From an uncultured Actinomycetes bacterium (GTDB taxonomy: Bacteria; Actinomycetota; Thermoleophilia; UBA2241), in the NCBI GenBank assembly GCA_963725665.1, contig CAVRZA010000008.1:197330-261329 (forward strand): a stretch of DNA of 64,000 nt. The letters are read 5' to 3'. The position numbers and the translations under genes were made by a program. Positions 10,193 through 20,554 of this stretch are shown one piece after another. Numbering within the stretch: the first letter of the stretch is position 1; each line of letters begins with the position of its first letter. The notes beneath the pieces were generated by a model. It was not told where the DNA came from, ran no database searches, and saw nothing but the letters and a program-made list of their open reading frames with translations.

Positions 10193-11542
10193 GTGAGCGA
10201 GCGAACAGTCACAGAGCAGCGCGACGATCCCGCCGGGCGCCTTCGGACCTACTACCTGCGCACCTTCGGCTGCCAGATGAATGAGCACGACTCGGAACGC
10301 ATCCGGGCCACGCTCGAGAGCGAGGGCCTGCGCCGCGTCGCGAATCCCGACGAAGCCGCCGTGCTGGTCTACAACACCTGCACGGTACGGCAGAGCGCCG
10401 ACGAGCGCCTGGCCGGTCACCTAGGCACCGCCGCCCGGCTCAAGCGCGACGACCCCGGGCGCCTCGTCGTGGTGACCGGCTGCCTACCGCAGGCCGAGCA
10501 GGCCGCCTTCTTCTCGCGCTATCCGTTCGTCGACGTGGCCCTCGGCCCCCAGAGTCTCGATCACCTGCGCGAGGCTCTGCGCGGCGACCGCCTCGAGCCG
10601 CGTGGCTTCTTCGCCGACGAGCCCTTGCTGAGCGGGCGGCTCCCCGGCCGCCGCGAGCGACCCTTTCAGGCCTGGCTGCAGGTCATGGCCGGCTGCACCA
10701 ACTTCTGCTCCTACTGCGTCGTGCCCTTCGTGCGCGGCCCCGAACGCAGCCGGCCGCTACCCGAGGTCGTCGCCGAGGCGCGGGCGCTGGTGGCCGACGG
10801 GGTGCTCGAGCTCACGCTCCTCGGGCAGAACGTCAACGCCTACGGGGCCGACCTCTCGCACAGCGGCGATGGGCCGACCTTCGCGGGGCTGCTCGCCGCC
10901 CTCGACGGCATCGAGGGCCTCGCGCGGCAGCGTTTCATGACTTCGCACCCCAAAGACCTCTCCGACGAGCTCATCGCGGCGATCGCCGAGCTGCCGACCG
11001 TGTGCGAGCACGTGCACCTCCCGGCCCAGTCGGGCTCCGACCGCGTGCTGGCGGCGATGAACCGGGGCTACACACGCGGGCGCTACCTTGAGCGCGTGCG
11101 GGCTCTGCGGGCGGCGGTCCCCGACGCTTCGCTGACCACCGACCTCATCGCCGGCTTCCCCGGCGAGACCGACGGGGACTTCGAGGAGACCCTCTCGCTG
11201 GTCGGGGAGGCGCAGTTCGACGCCGCCTTCACGTTCGTGTACTCACCGCGTCCGGGGACCGCCGCGGCGGCGCTGCCGGAGCAGGTCCCCGAGGAGGCGC
11301 GACGAGCGCGCGTCGAGCGCCTTGTCGCGGCTACGCAGGCGCAGGCGCGCGCTCGTCGCCGACGCCTGATCGGGCGCACGGTCGAGGTGCTGGTCGAGGG
11401 GCGAAGCCGTCACGGGCAAACGCTCCGCGGCCGCACGCGGCAGCATGTCACGGTAAACTTCACGGGAAGGGCCCAGCCGGGCGAGCTCGTCGCCGTGACG
11501 GTCACGGGGGCGACCTCGACCACACTGTCGGGTAGAACCTGA
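10193..11542 (+). CDS. miaB: tRNA-2-methylthio-i6A37 synthase MiaB
   Basis: TFGCQMNEHDSE, NTCTVR, CTNFCSYCVVP, TRAM domain. Confidence 0.95.
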   Translation: MSERTVTEQRDDPAGRLRTYYLRTFGCQMNEHDSERIRATLESEGLRRVANPDEAAVLVYNTCTVRQSADERLAGHLGTAARLKRDDPGRLVVVTGCLPQAEQAAFFSRYPFVDVALGPQSLDHLREALRGDRLEPRGFFADEPLLSGRLPGRRERPFQAWLQVMAGCTNFCSYCVVPFVRGPERSRPLPEVVAEARALVADGVLELTLLGQNVNAYGADLSHSGDGPTFAGLLAALDGIEGLARQRFMTSHPKDLSDELIAAIAELPTVCEHVHLPAQSGSDRVLAAMNRGYTRGRYLERVRALRAAVPDASLTTDLIAGFPGETDGDFEETLSLVGEAQFDAAFTFVYSPRPGTAAAALPEQVPEEARRARVERLVAATQAQARARRRRLIGRTVEVLVEGRSRHGQTLRGRTRQHVTVNFTGRAQPGELVAVTVTGATSTTLSGRT

Positions 11543-11556
11543 CGCAGGGAGGGGTC

Positions 11557-12339
11557 ATGGCAGCCGTCGGGTGCGTGTGTCCTCATCCACCGCTTCTCGT
11601 GCCCGCGATCGGACGCAGCCACCGTGAGCCGGTACGACGTACCATCACAGCCATGGAGGCGCTCGCCGCGGCGGCCGGCGAACCGGAGACGATCGTCGTC
11701 ATCTCGCCGCACACCGACGGTTCGGCCTCGCGTTTCTTCGTGAAGCGCCCGGCGACCCTGTGGGGCGACTTCTCGGCCTTCAACTGTCCGCAGGTCGCCA
11801 TCGAGATGGAGAACGATCGCGAGCTCGTCGACTGCCTCCTTGCGGCGGCCGCCGACGACCCTGAGGTGACCATGGTGCCGGCCGACGACGACTACCTCGA
11901 CCACGGCGTCCTGGTCCCGCTGGGCTTCCTACGCGGCCGCCACCTCGTGTCGCTCTCGATCGTCGCCGACTATCAGGTCCACCGCGCGCTCGGCCGCCTC
12001 GTGCGCCGCTGCGCCGAGGAGCTCGAGCGCGACGTGCTCTTCCTGGCCTCGGGCGACCTCTCCCACCGGCTCACGCGCGACGCGCCGGCAGGCTACGACC
12101 CCAAGGGGGCCGTGTTCGACGCCGAGGTCACGACCCGGCTGGGCGAGGGACGGTTCGCCGAGCTCGGCGACCTCGACTCGGGTCTCGTGCGCGCCGCGGG
12201 TGAGTGCGGTCTGCGTTCGTTGTTCGCGCTCGGCGGCTTCCTCGGCGCTGAGGCGGCGAGCAAGCCGAAGCTCCTGAGCTACGAAGGTCCCTTCGGCGTC
12301 GGCTACGCCGTGGCCTCGTACGGCCTCGACGTGTCATGA
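11557..12339 (+). CDS. Memo/LigB-like extradiol dioxygenase fold protein (AmmeMemoRadiSam protein B-like)
   Basis: PHPPLLVP, ISPH, LDHG, ASGDLSHRL, AGECGLRS, YEGPFGVGY. Confidence 0.88.
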   Translation: MAAVGCVCPHPPLLVPAIGRSHREPVRRTITAMEALAAAAGEPETIVVISPHTDGSASRFFVKRPATLWGDFSAFNCPQVAIEMENDRELVDCLLAAAADDPEVTMVPADDDYLDHGVLVPLGFLRGRHLVSLSIVADYQVHRALGRLVRRCAEELERDVLFLASGDLSHRLTRDAPAGYDPKGAVFDAEVTTRLGEGRFAELGDLDSGLVRAAGECGLRSLFALGGFLGAEAASKPKLLSYEGPFGVGYAVASYGLDVS

Positions 12340-13025
12340 GCTCGCCCCCCGTCTCGCCGGCCGCCTACGCTCGCTCCTGCGTCGAGGCGCTCGTCGGCGG
12401 CCGGCCGGCTCCGCGGCCGCCTGTCGACGAGGCTTACGAGGTCGCGGCCGCGTGCTTCGTCTCCATCAAGACCCAGGGGGGAGACCTGCGCGGCTGCATC
12501 GGCACGCTCACGCCGTGCGAGCCCTGTCTCGGCGACGAGATCGCCCGCAACGCCTACGCGGCCGCCTTCTCCGACCCTCGGTTCTACCCGATACGTCCCG
12601 CAGAGCTCGGCGATCTCGTCTACTCGGTCGACGTGCTCAGCGACAGCGAACCGACGACGCTGGACGGTCTCGACCCGGCACGGTTCGGGGTGATCGTGAG
12701 TCGCGAGCACCGCCGCGGCGTGTTGCTGCCCGACCTGCCGACGGTCACGACGGCAGGCCGGCAGGTGGCCATCGCCCTGCAGAAGGCCGGCATCTCGGCG
12801 AACGAGGACTACGAGCTCGCGCGCTTCACCGTGCGGCGCTATCGCGAGACCGAGGGCGCCGAGGTCGGCGTCTGCTGGACCGACGAGCGCACAGCGGAGG
12901 GCGAGGTGACCTGCGCACCCGAAAGCGAGGCGCAGGAGCTCGCGACCGACGGTCAGGTTGCAGACCGTGCGACCGAGACTCTCGCAGCGACAGGCGAGGC
13001 GCTGCCGCCGGAGCCCGAGGGGTAG
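12336..13025 (+). CDS. AMMECR1 domain protein (AmmeMemoRadiSam protein A-like)
   Basis: CFVSIK..LRGCIGT, DPRF, GVLLPDL, LQKAGI. Confidence 0.9.
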   Translation: MSSPPVSPAAYARSCVEALVGGRPAPRPPVDEAYEVAAACFVSIKTQGGDLRGCIGTLTPCEPCLGDEIARNAYAAAFSDPRFYPIRPAELGDLVYSVDVLSDSEPTTLDGLDPARFGVIVSREHRRGVLLPDLPTVTTAGRQVAIALQKAGISANEDYELARFTVRRYRETEGAEVGVCWTDERTAEGEVTCAPESEAQELATDGQVADRATETLAATGEALPPEPEG

Positions 13026-14002
13026 CGCGCACGAAGGCGCAGCCGCCGGTCATCGCCGTCTTCGGGCCCACCGGTCTCGGCAAGACCGAGGTCGCGCTCG
13101 CCCTTGCCCGGCGACTCGAGGGCGAGATCGTGTCGGCCGACTCCATGCAGGTCTACAGGCGTCTGCCTATCCTCACGAACCAGCCGACTGAGGAGCAGCT
13201 CGCCGCGGTCGCCCACCACCTGGTGGCGATCGTCGAGCCCGACGTCGAGTTCTCAGCAGCCCAGTATGCGCAGCTCGCCGCGCGCGCGCTCGATGCGCTC
13301 GCCACGCGCCGGCGGACGGCCATCATCGAGGGCGGCAGCGGCCTGTACCTGCGCGCAGCGCTGGGCGGCCTCGCCTTCGGGCCGCCGCCCAGCGCCGCGC
13401 GCGCCGAGCTCGAGGCGCTCGCGGCGCGCGACGCGCAGGCGCTCGTCGCGCGCCTCGAGCGCCTCGACCCGGACGCGGCGGCAAGCATCGACCTGGAGAA
13501 CCCGCGGCGTCTTGTCAGAGCGGTCGAGAGAGCCCTCCAGAAGGCGCCTGACGGCGCTGGGCGGGGTTCCGAGGGGGAGGATTCCATGACTGCAGCGGGC
13601 ACGGCTCCTGCGGCGCCCTCCGGCTCGCTGCTCTGGGCCTCGGGCGAGCGCGACGCGCGCGTGGTCGCGCTCGAGCCCGACCGCGAGCGCCTGCGCGAGC
13701 GCGTCGACGCGCGCGTCGACGAGATGTTCGCCCGCGGGCTCGTCGACGAGGTGCGCACGGTGCGCGACAGCTTCACGCTCTCGCGCACCGTGCGTCAGGC
13801 CATCGGCGTGCGCGAGATCTGCGCCTTGCTCGATGGGGAGCTCAGCCTGGAGGACGCGAGACGGCGCATGCAGGCGCGCACGCGCGCCTACGTGCGCCGT
13901 CAGCTCACCTGGATGAGAAAGCTCCCCGATACTGCTAGAATCCCTGTCTCCGCACGCTCGGCCGATGAGGTGGCCGACGAGATCGTCCGACGCCTGTCGT
14001 AG
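13022..14002 (+). CDS. miaA: tRNA dimethylallyltransferase MiaA (no canonical start codon near 5' end)
   Basis: GPTGLGKT, SADSMQVY, GGSGLY, NPRRLVRA, YVRRQLTW. Confidence 0.93.
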   Translation, partial: VARTKAQPPVIAVFGPTGLGKTEVALALARRLEGEIVSADSMQVYRRLPILTNQPTEEQLAAVAHHLVAIVEPDVEFSAAQYAQLAARALDALATRRRTAIIEGGSGLYLRAALGGLAFGPPPSAARAELEALAARDAQALVARLERLDPDAAASIDLENPRRLVRAVERALQKAPDGAGRGSEGEDSMTAAGTAPAAPSGSLLWASGERDARVVALEPDRERLRERVDARVDEMFARGLVDEVRTVRDSFTLSRTVRQAIGVREICALLDGELSLEDARRRMQARTRAYVRRQLTWMRKLPDTARIPVSARSADEVADEIVRRLS

Positions 14003-14016
14003 AAGGAGGGACCCCA

Positions 14017-14916
<900 letters not shown>

Positions 14917-14926
14917 CGTCGCACCA

Positions 14927-16093
14927 GTGAAACGCCTCTCACAGCGCGTCGAGAGCCTGCCGCCGTACCTGTTCGCCGAGATCGAGCGCAAGGTCGCCGC
15001 CAAGAGGGCGGCCGGCGTCGACATCATCAGCCTCGGCATCGGCGATCCCGACACGCCGACGCCGGCGCACATCATCGCGGCCCTGGTCGAGGCCGCCCGG
15101 GACCCCGCCACGCACCAGTACCCGTCGAACCAAGGCTCGCAGATCTTCCGCGAGGCGGTCGCGGGCTACTATCGGCGGCGTTTCGGCGTCTCTCTCGACC
15201 CCGAGCGCGAGATCATGGCTGCCCTCGGTGCCAAGGAGGCCATCGCCCACATCTGCCTCTGCCTGCTCGACCAGTCCGACGTCTGCCTTGCCTCCGACCC
15301 CGGCTATCCGGTCTATGTCGCGGGCCCGCTGCTCGCCGACGGGCACGCCGTGCGCCTGCCGCTGCTGCCCGAGCTCGGCTTCCAGCCCGACCTCGAGGCC
15401 GTCGGGCCGGCGGCACTCGCGAGGGCCAAGATGGTATTCGTGGGCTATCCCAACAACCCCACCGGCGCCGTGATCGAGGACGACTTCTTCGCGCGCCTGG
15501 TGGCTTTCGCCAGGGAGCACGACCTGGTGGTCGTGCACGACAACGCCTACGCCGACATCACCTACGACGGCTACGTAGCGCCCAGCTTCCTCGAGACGCT
15601 GGGCGCGAAGGACGTCGGCATCGAGGTCTTCTCGCTCTCCAAGACCTACAACATGACCGGCTGGCGCACGGGCGCCATCGTCGGCAACCCGGAGCTCATC
15701 GAAGCCTTCTGGCGTCTCAAGACGAACATGGACTCGGGCATGTTCGAGGCTGTGCAACGCGCCAGTGCGGCGGCGCTGGAGGGCCCGCAGGACGGCGTCG
15801 CCGCGCTGCGGGCTCTCTACCAGCGCCGCCGCGACCTGCTCGTCGCCGCGCTGCGCACCATCGGCCTCGAGGCCTCACCGCCCAAGGGCACCATCTACCT
15901 GTGGGTGCCTGTCCCCGAGGGACACACATCGGCGAGCCTCTCGAACCAGATCCTCGAGCAGGCGGACGTGATCGTCTCGCCTGGGGCCGCCTACGGGCCC
16001 AGTGGCGAGGGCTACGTCCGCTTCTCTCTCACGCTCCCCGACGAACGCCTGCAGGAGGCGGTCCGGCGCATCGAGGAGCGGGTACAACTCTAG
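14927..16093 (+). CDS. dapL: LL-diaminopimelate aminotransferase (class I PLP)
   Basis: LPPYLFAEI, GIGDPD, YPNNPTG, SLSKTYNMTGWR, KTNMDSG; adjacent to dapF. Confidence 0.85.
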   Translation: MKRLSQRVESLPPYLFAEIERKVAAKRAAGVDIISLGIGDPDTPTPAHIIAALVEAARDPATHQYPSNQGSQIFREAVAGYYRRRFGVSLDPEREIMAALGAKEAIAHICLCLLDQSDVCLASDPGYPVYVAGPLLADGHAVRLPLLPELGFQPDLEAVGPAALARAKMVFVGYPNNPTGAVIEDDFFARLVAFAREHDLVVVHDNAYADITYDGYVAPSFLETLGAKDVGIEVFSLSKTYNMTGWRTGAIVGNPELIEAFWRLKTNMDSGMFEAVQRASAAALEGPQDGVAALRALYQRRRDLLVAALRTIGLEASPPKGTIYLWVPVPEGHTSASLSNQILEQADVIVSPGAAYGPSGEGYVRFSLTLPDERLQEAVRRIEERVQL

Positions 16094-16100
16094 TCAGCGC

Positions 16101-17408
16101 ATGCCCACCATGGAGACATCCGTCGACCGGCCGCTGGCCGTCCTCTTCGCCGTGCTGCCCGGCGGCAGCAAGGCCGAGGACCAACGCGGCGAGGCCCTCA
16201 CCGAGATCCGCGAGCTCCTCGAGTCGGCCGAGATCGGCTTCGCCGCCGAGGTCGTGCAGCACAAGGCACATCCCGATCCGCACTCGTACCTCGGCCCCGG
16301 GAAGCTGCAGGAGCTCAAGGCGACCGTGAAGCAGACCAAGGCCACGGTCGCGGTCTGCGAGGACAACCTCTCGCCCGCGCAGGTGGCCGCCGTCCTCGAC
16401 GCGGTCGCCGCCGACGTGCTCGATCGCACGGAGCTGATCCTCACTGTCTTCTCCAAGCACGCGCACTCGCTCGAAGGCACCCTCCAGGTCCACCTGGCCC
16501 AGCTGGAGTACGAGCTCACCCGCGTGCGCGGCAAGGGCCTGGTGCTGTCGCGGCTCGGCGCCGGCGTCGACATGCGCGGCCCCGGAGAGACGAAGCTCGA
16601 GGTCGACCGGCGCGTCATCCGCCAGCGCATCCAGGTGCTGCGACGGCGCATCGAGCGCATGGCGCAGACGCGGCGTACGCAGCGCCAGCGCCGGCTGAGG
16701 GCGGAGGCGCCGCTCCTGGCGCTCGCCGGGTACACCAACGCCGGCAAGTCGACCCTGCTCAACAGCCTGACCGCCGCCGACGTGTCGGTGCGCGACCGCC
16801 TCTTCGAGACCCTCGATCCGACGACGCGCAGCTTCCGTTACCGCGACCGCGACTACGTGATCACCGACACCGTCGGCTTCATCCGCAAGCTGCCCCACCA
16901 GCTCGTCGACGCCTTCGCCTCGACGCTCGAGGAGACGCGGGTCGCCGACCTCGTGCTCGTCGTCGCCGACGCCGGTCTCGACGCCGGTGAGATCGAGGCG
17001 CGGCAGCAGACAGTCGCCGAGGTGCTCGACATGATCGGCTCCGATGTGCCGCGCCTCACGGTCTTCAACAAGATCGACCTCGTCGAGGATGCCGCCCTGA
17101 GGCGACTCGAGGCCAGGTACCCGCAGGCCGCGTTCATCTCGGCGCGCGACGGGGAGGGCCTCGGCGACCTGCAAGACCGCATCGCACGTTTCTGCGCCCG
17201 TCACCTCGTGTCGGTGAGCCTGCTGGTGCCCTACGATCAGGGCCGTCTCGTCCACCGCCTGCGCGGAGTCGCCTCGGACATCGAGCAAGAGAACACGCCC
17301 GAAGGCGTTCTGCTCAGGGCGCGGGTGCCCGCGGCCGAGGCGGCACGGTATCGCGAGTTCCGCGTCGACGGCGACGTTCACCACAGCGAGGAGCCCGCGG
17401 TCGAGTGA
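16101..17408 (+). CDS. hflX: GTPase HflX
   Basis: RGPGETKLE, GYTNAGKST, LFETLDPT, DTVGFI, NKID. Confidence 0.96.
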   Translation: MPTMETSVDRPLAVLFAVLPGGSKAEDQRGEALTEIRELLESAEIGFAAEVVQHKAHPDPHSYLGPGKLQELKATVKQTKATVAVCEDNLSPAQVAAVLDAVAADVLDRTELILTVFSKHAHSLEGTLQVHLAQLEYELTRVRGKGLVLSRLGAGVDMRGPGETKLEVDRRVIRQRIQVLRRRIERMAQTRRTQRQRRLRAEAPLLALAGYTNAGKSTLLNSLTAADVSVRDRLFETLDPTTRSFRYRDRDYVITDTVGFIRKLPHQLVDAFASTLEETRVADLVLVVADAGLDAGEIEARQQTVAEVLDMIGSDVPRLTVFNKIDLVEDAALRRLEARYPQAAFISARDGEGLGDLQDRIARFCARHLVSVSLLVPYDQGRLVHRLRGVASDIEQENTPEGVLLRARVPAAEAARYREFRVDGDVHHSEEPAVE

Positions 17409-17860
17409 CGGGCGAGCCCCTCAAGATACCGGTGATGCTCCTCGCCCCCGGCGCGCGTCTGCCCCAGCGTGCCTACGAGCACGATGCCGCCTTCGACCTG
17501 TTCGCCGTCGAGAACGCGATCGTGGCGCCGCAGCAGCGCCACGTGGTCGGCACCGGCGTGGCGCTCGGCCTGCCGCCCGGGATCGCGGCCTTGACGCTGC
17601 CGCGCTCGGGGCTCGCGGCCGAGTACGGCGTAGCCCTGGTCAACGCGCCGGGGCTCATCGATCCCGGCTATCGCGGCGAGGTGCGCATCATCCTGCTCAA
17701 CACCGACCGCCACCATCCCTTTCACGTCCATGCCGGCGACCGTATCGCGCAGCTGCTCATCGTCAACCTGACTGCCGTGAGCTTCTTCGAGACCGTGCGG
17801 CTCGACGAGACCGACCGGGGCGAACGCGGGTTCGGCTCGAGCGGCATGGCGGCTCCCTGA
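17405..17860 (+). CDS. dut: dUTP diphosphatase
   Basis: PRSGLA, PGLIDPGYRGE, GDRIAQ, RGERGFGSSG. Confidence 0.95.
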   Translation: MTGEPLKIPVMLLAPGARLPQRAYEHDAAFDLFAVENAIVAPQQRHVVGTGVALGLPPGIAALTLPRSGLAAEYGVALVNAPGLIDPGYRGEVRIILLNTDRHHPFHVHAGDRIAQLLIVNLTAVSFFETVRLDETDRGERGFGSSGMAAP

Positions 17861-17873
17861 AGGAAGGTTAGGA

Positions 17874-18449
17874 GTGACTGGAGACACTAAACGCGCACGC
17901 GAACTGGGGGAGGGGGAGGGGGCCGCGCGCATGGTCTACGGGAGCGCCGACGCGCGCCCGACGGTGCGCGTCGGCGCCGTCACCGTCATCGACGGGCGCT
18001 TGTTGCTCGTGCGCCAGGCCCGCGGTCGCGAGAGCTACTGGCTGCTGCCCGGCGGCGGCGTACGCTTCGGCGAGACGTTCGCCGAGGCGCTCGGGCGCGA
18101 GTTGCGCGAGGAGCTGGGCGCGGATGCGACGCACATGCGGCCGATCGCCTTCATCGAGTCGATCTCACCCGACATGGAGGCCTACGCGAAGCACGTCGTG
18201 CACGTGCTGCTCTGGACCGAGCTCGCCAACGCGGACGCTCTGCGCGACCGCCTGCTGCTGCACGACGTCTCGCCCGAGGCGTCCGTTCTCCGCGAGGAGC
18301 GACTCGCCGACCCGGCTGTGCTCGATGCAGCGCTTGTCGCGGCAGACGATCTCGCGCACATCCACTTGCGTCCGCCGATCAACGACTTCGTTCTCGACTG
18401 CCTGGAGAAGGCGCCGGGCGGCGTGGCTTTTCTCGGCCGGCGCTGGTAG
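17874..18449 (+). CDS. NUDIX hydrolase (start may be 17931)
   Basis: Nudix box LPGGGVRFGETFAEALGRELREELG. Confidence 0.85.
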   Translation: MTGDTKRARELGEGEGAARMVYGSADARPTVRVGAVTVIDGRLLLVRQARGRESYWLLPGGGVRFGETFAEALGRELREELGADATHMRPIAFIESISPDMEAYAKHVVHVLLWTELANADALRDRLLLHDVSPEASVLREERLADPAVLDAALVAADDLAHIHLRPPINDFVLDCLEKAPGGVAFLGRRW

Positions 18450-18520
18450 GCGCTCGACCGTCTGGATGACCGTGGTCGGTCTGGCGGACTGCTGGGGAGG
18501 CTCGTCGAGCCTCGTGTGTA

Positions 18521-18548
18521 ACGCGCGATAATCTACGTTATGTAAAGT
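18521..18548 (+). other. dif site (XerC/XerD chromosome dimer resolution site)
   Basis: ACGCGCGATAA-TCTACG-TTATGTAAAGT fits the 11-6-11 dif architecture with a canonical XerD arm; AT-rich, intergenic, core gene orientation flips here. Confidence 0.88.
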
Positions 18549-18999
18549 AAGATCAGACGAGGCCCTTTTGAGCGCTGCCGCCGGCCCCACCGGCGTCCCG
18601 GATTCGGCATCCCCCACCGCTGTCACTTTGGTGACTGTCGGCCGGCATCAGACGAAGGGTGGCGTCACGCGGTAGTCGCCGGCGTGCGATCATCCGTCCG
18701 CTCGTTATCGACGCCATCGCCGTGTTGCTCTGTGCGCAGCTGCTCATGAGTGCGGCGGAGATCCGATTCCTGAGGTCGTGTGCGTTCGGCGTCCTTCGTT
18801 CGCCGCTCCGTCAGCGACGGCCCCACCCAACGTCGGCCTCACCTACGATACTGATCGCGAGGCTGAGCCCGGGTACTGGGTCTCGGCGCGGTACGCACGG
18901 AGGGCAAAGCTGGCGCCTGGATCGCCGCTGGCCATGTCGCGGCATCGGACATCGTTCGGAGCCGGGCGTTGCGGGAGGGCGCAAACACGCCACGGTACA

Positions 19000-19013
19000 C
19001 GAACATATGTTCG
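19000..19013. promoter_or_regulatory. LexA (SOS) box, Gram-positive type
   Basis: Perfect palindrome CGAAC-ATAT-GTTCG. Confidence 0.7.
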
Positions 19014-19073
19014 CTACCGGCCAAGGGCGGCGCGGAAGTCCGCCGCGGAGGTGCTCTCGCAGGGACGAAGGCC

Positions 19074-20554
19074 TAGACGCTATGGCGGTTCTTTGACCGC
19101 CGAGCTTGCTGACGAAGGCCGGACCCTGTTCGCATATCTCGGGGGTTTGTCTGGCCGGAGACGAGCTCCGGCTGACCCCATACGAAGGGAGGGTCCGACC
19201 ATGACCACGTTGACATGGGTTGGGTTGGATGTCCACGCCCGCTCCGTCGAAGCCGCTGCTCTGGACGCCCTGACGGGCGAGATCAGGCGAGCTCGCTTTG
19301 GTGGCAGTGCGGAGCCGGTCGTTGAGTGGCTTGCCAGGCTGCCCGCTCCGGTGCACGCTTGCTACGAGGCGGGACCGACGGGCTACGGCCTCTACCGAGC
19401 CGCTCAGCGGGCCGGTATTGAGGTCGATGTCGTCGCCCCCAGCAAGACGCCCCGGGCCAGTGGCGACCGCGTCAAGAGCGACCGCAAGGACGCCCAGCTG
19501 CTCGTGCGCCTGCTCTCTGCCGGCGCGCTCACCGTTGTCAGCGTGCCGCCGCCCACCTTGGAGGCCGCCCGCGACCTGGCGCGGGCTCGCGAGCAGCTGC
19601 GCGGCGACCTCATGCGCGCCCGCCACCGCGTCTCCAAGCTGCTTCTGCGTCACGGCCGCCTCTATGAGCGCCAGAGCAGCACCTGGACGCAGGCGCACCA
19701 TCGCTGGCTTGCCGCCCAGCGCTTCGATGAGCCGGCGACCGAGCTCGCCTACCTCGACTCCCTGGCCGCCGTGGACGGCCTTATCGCGCGCAAGGCGGCC
19801 CTCGAGGAGCGCCTCTCGCAGCTGGCCGTGGCGCCCGAGATCTGGCCCACGGTGGCCCGCCTGCGCGCCTTCCGCGGCATCGACACCCTCTCGGCCCTGG
19901 TGCTGCACCTGGAGGTGTGCGACTGGGGGCGCTTCGCGCGCGCCCCGCAGCTGGCCGCCTGGCTGGGCCTGGTGCCCTCGCTGTGCCAATCGGGCGAGAG
20001 CGCCACACAGGGGGCGATCACCAAGACCGGCTCGCGCTACGCCCGCCGCATCCTGGTCGAGGCCGCCTGGCACTACGCCCGCCCACCGCGCATCGGCGCC
20101 ACCCTGACCAATCGCCAGCAGGGCCAGCCCGACCACGTGCTGCAGATCGCCTGGCGGGCCCAGCTCCGCCTGTGGCACCTGCAGCGGCGCCTTGCGCAGC
20201 GCGGCAAACCGGCCAACGTGGTGACGGTCGCCCTGGCACGCGAGCTGGCCTGCTTCTTGTGGGCGGCAGCCGTGGCCCCCTAAGGGCGGCTGATCGACCC
20301 CCCGTTCGGAGGGCAGGCGTCGGGCCGGCAGTCTGCCGGCATGCGCGACCGTACTATGGGCAGCCGCAAGGCAGCACCCGTTCCTAGAGAAGCGCCAAGC
20401 CGGTGACGAAGTAGCGCACCGGGGTAGCCAACCCCCGCATATCAGATTGACCGACCGTCGTATCCGCGCCCGGCGCCTGCCATCCGAACTCCTCGCTACC
20501 CGCGTCGAACGGGAGGTTCAGCCCTGCCTGCTTGACAGGATGAGCGCCATATCA
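19074..20554 (+). mobile_element. IS110-family element, IS1111-like (ends approximate)
   Basis: Transposase, sub-terminal inverted repeat TATGGCG (19081) / CGCCATA (20545-20551), ~270 bp 3' non-coding region, outward TTGACA at 20532. Confidence 0.8.
19201..20283 (+). CDS. IS110-family DEDD recombinase/transposase
   Basis: VGLDVH, YEAGPTG, KSDRKDA, LGLVPSLCQSG, GAITKTG; GGGAGG RBS. Confidence 0.95.
   Translation: MTTLTWVGLDVHARSVEAAALDALTGEIRRARFGGSAEPVVEWLARLPAPVHACYEAGPTGYGLYRAAQRAGIEVDVVAPSKTPRASGDRVKSDRKDAQLLVRLLSAGALTVVSVPPPTLEAARDLARAREQLRGDLMRARHRVSKLLLRHGRLYERQSSTWTQAHHRWLAAQRFDEPATELAYLDSLAAVDGLIARKAALEERLSQLAVAPEIWPTVARLRAFRGIDTLSALVLHLEVCDWGRFARAPQLAAWLGLVPSLCQSGESATQGAITKTGSRYARRILVEAAWHYARPPRIGATLTNRQQGQPDHVLQIAWRAQLRLWHLQRRLAQRGKPANVVTVALARELACFLWAAAVAP

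Noticed and set aside
18778-19200. N-terminal extension of the IS110 transposase
   Set aside because: RBS and family start fit ATG 19201; the extension crosses the inferred IS end.
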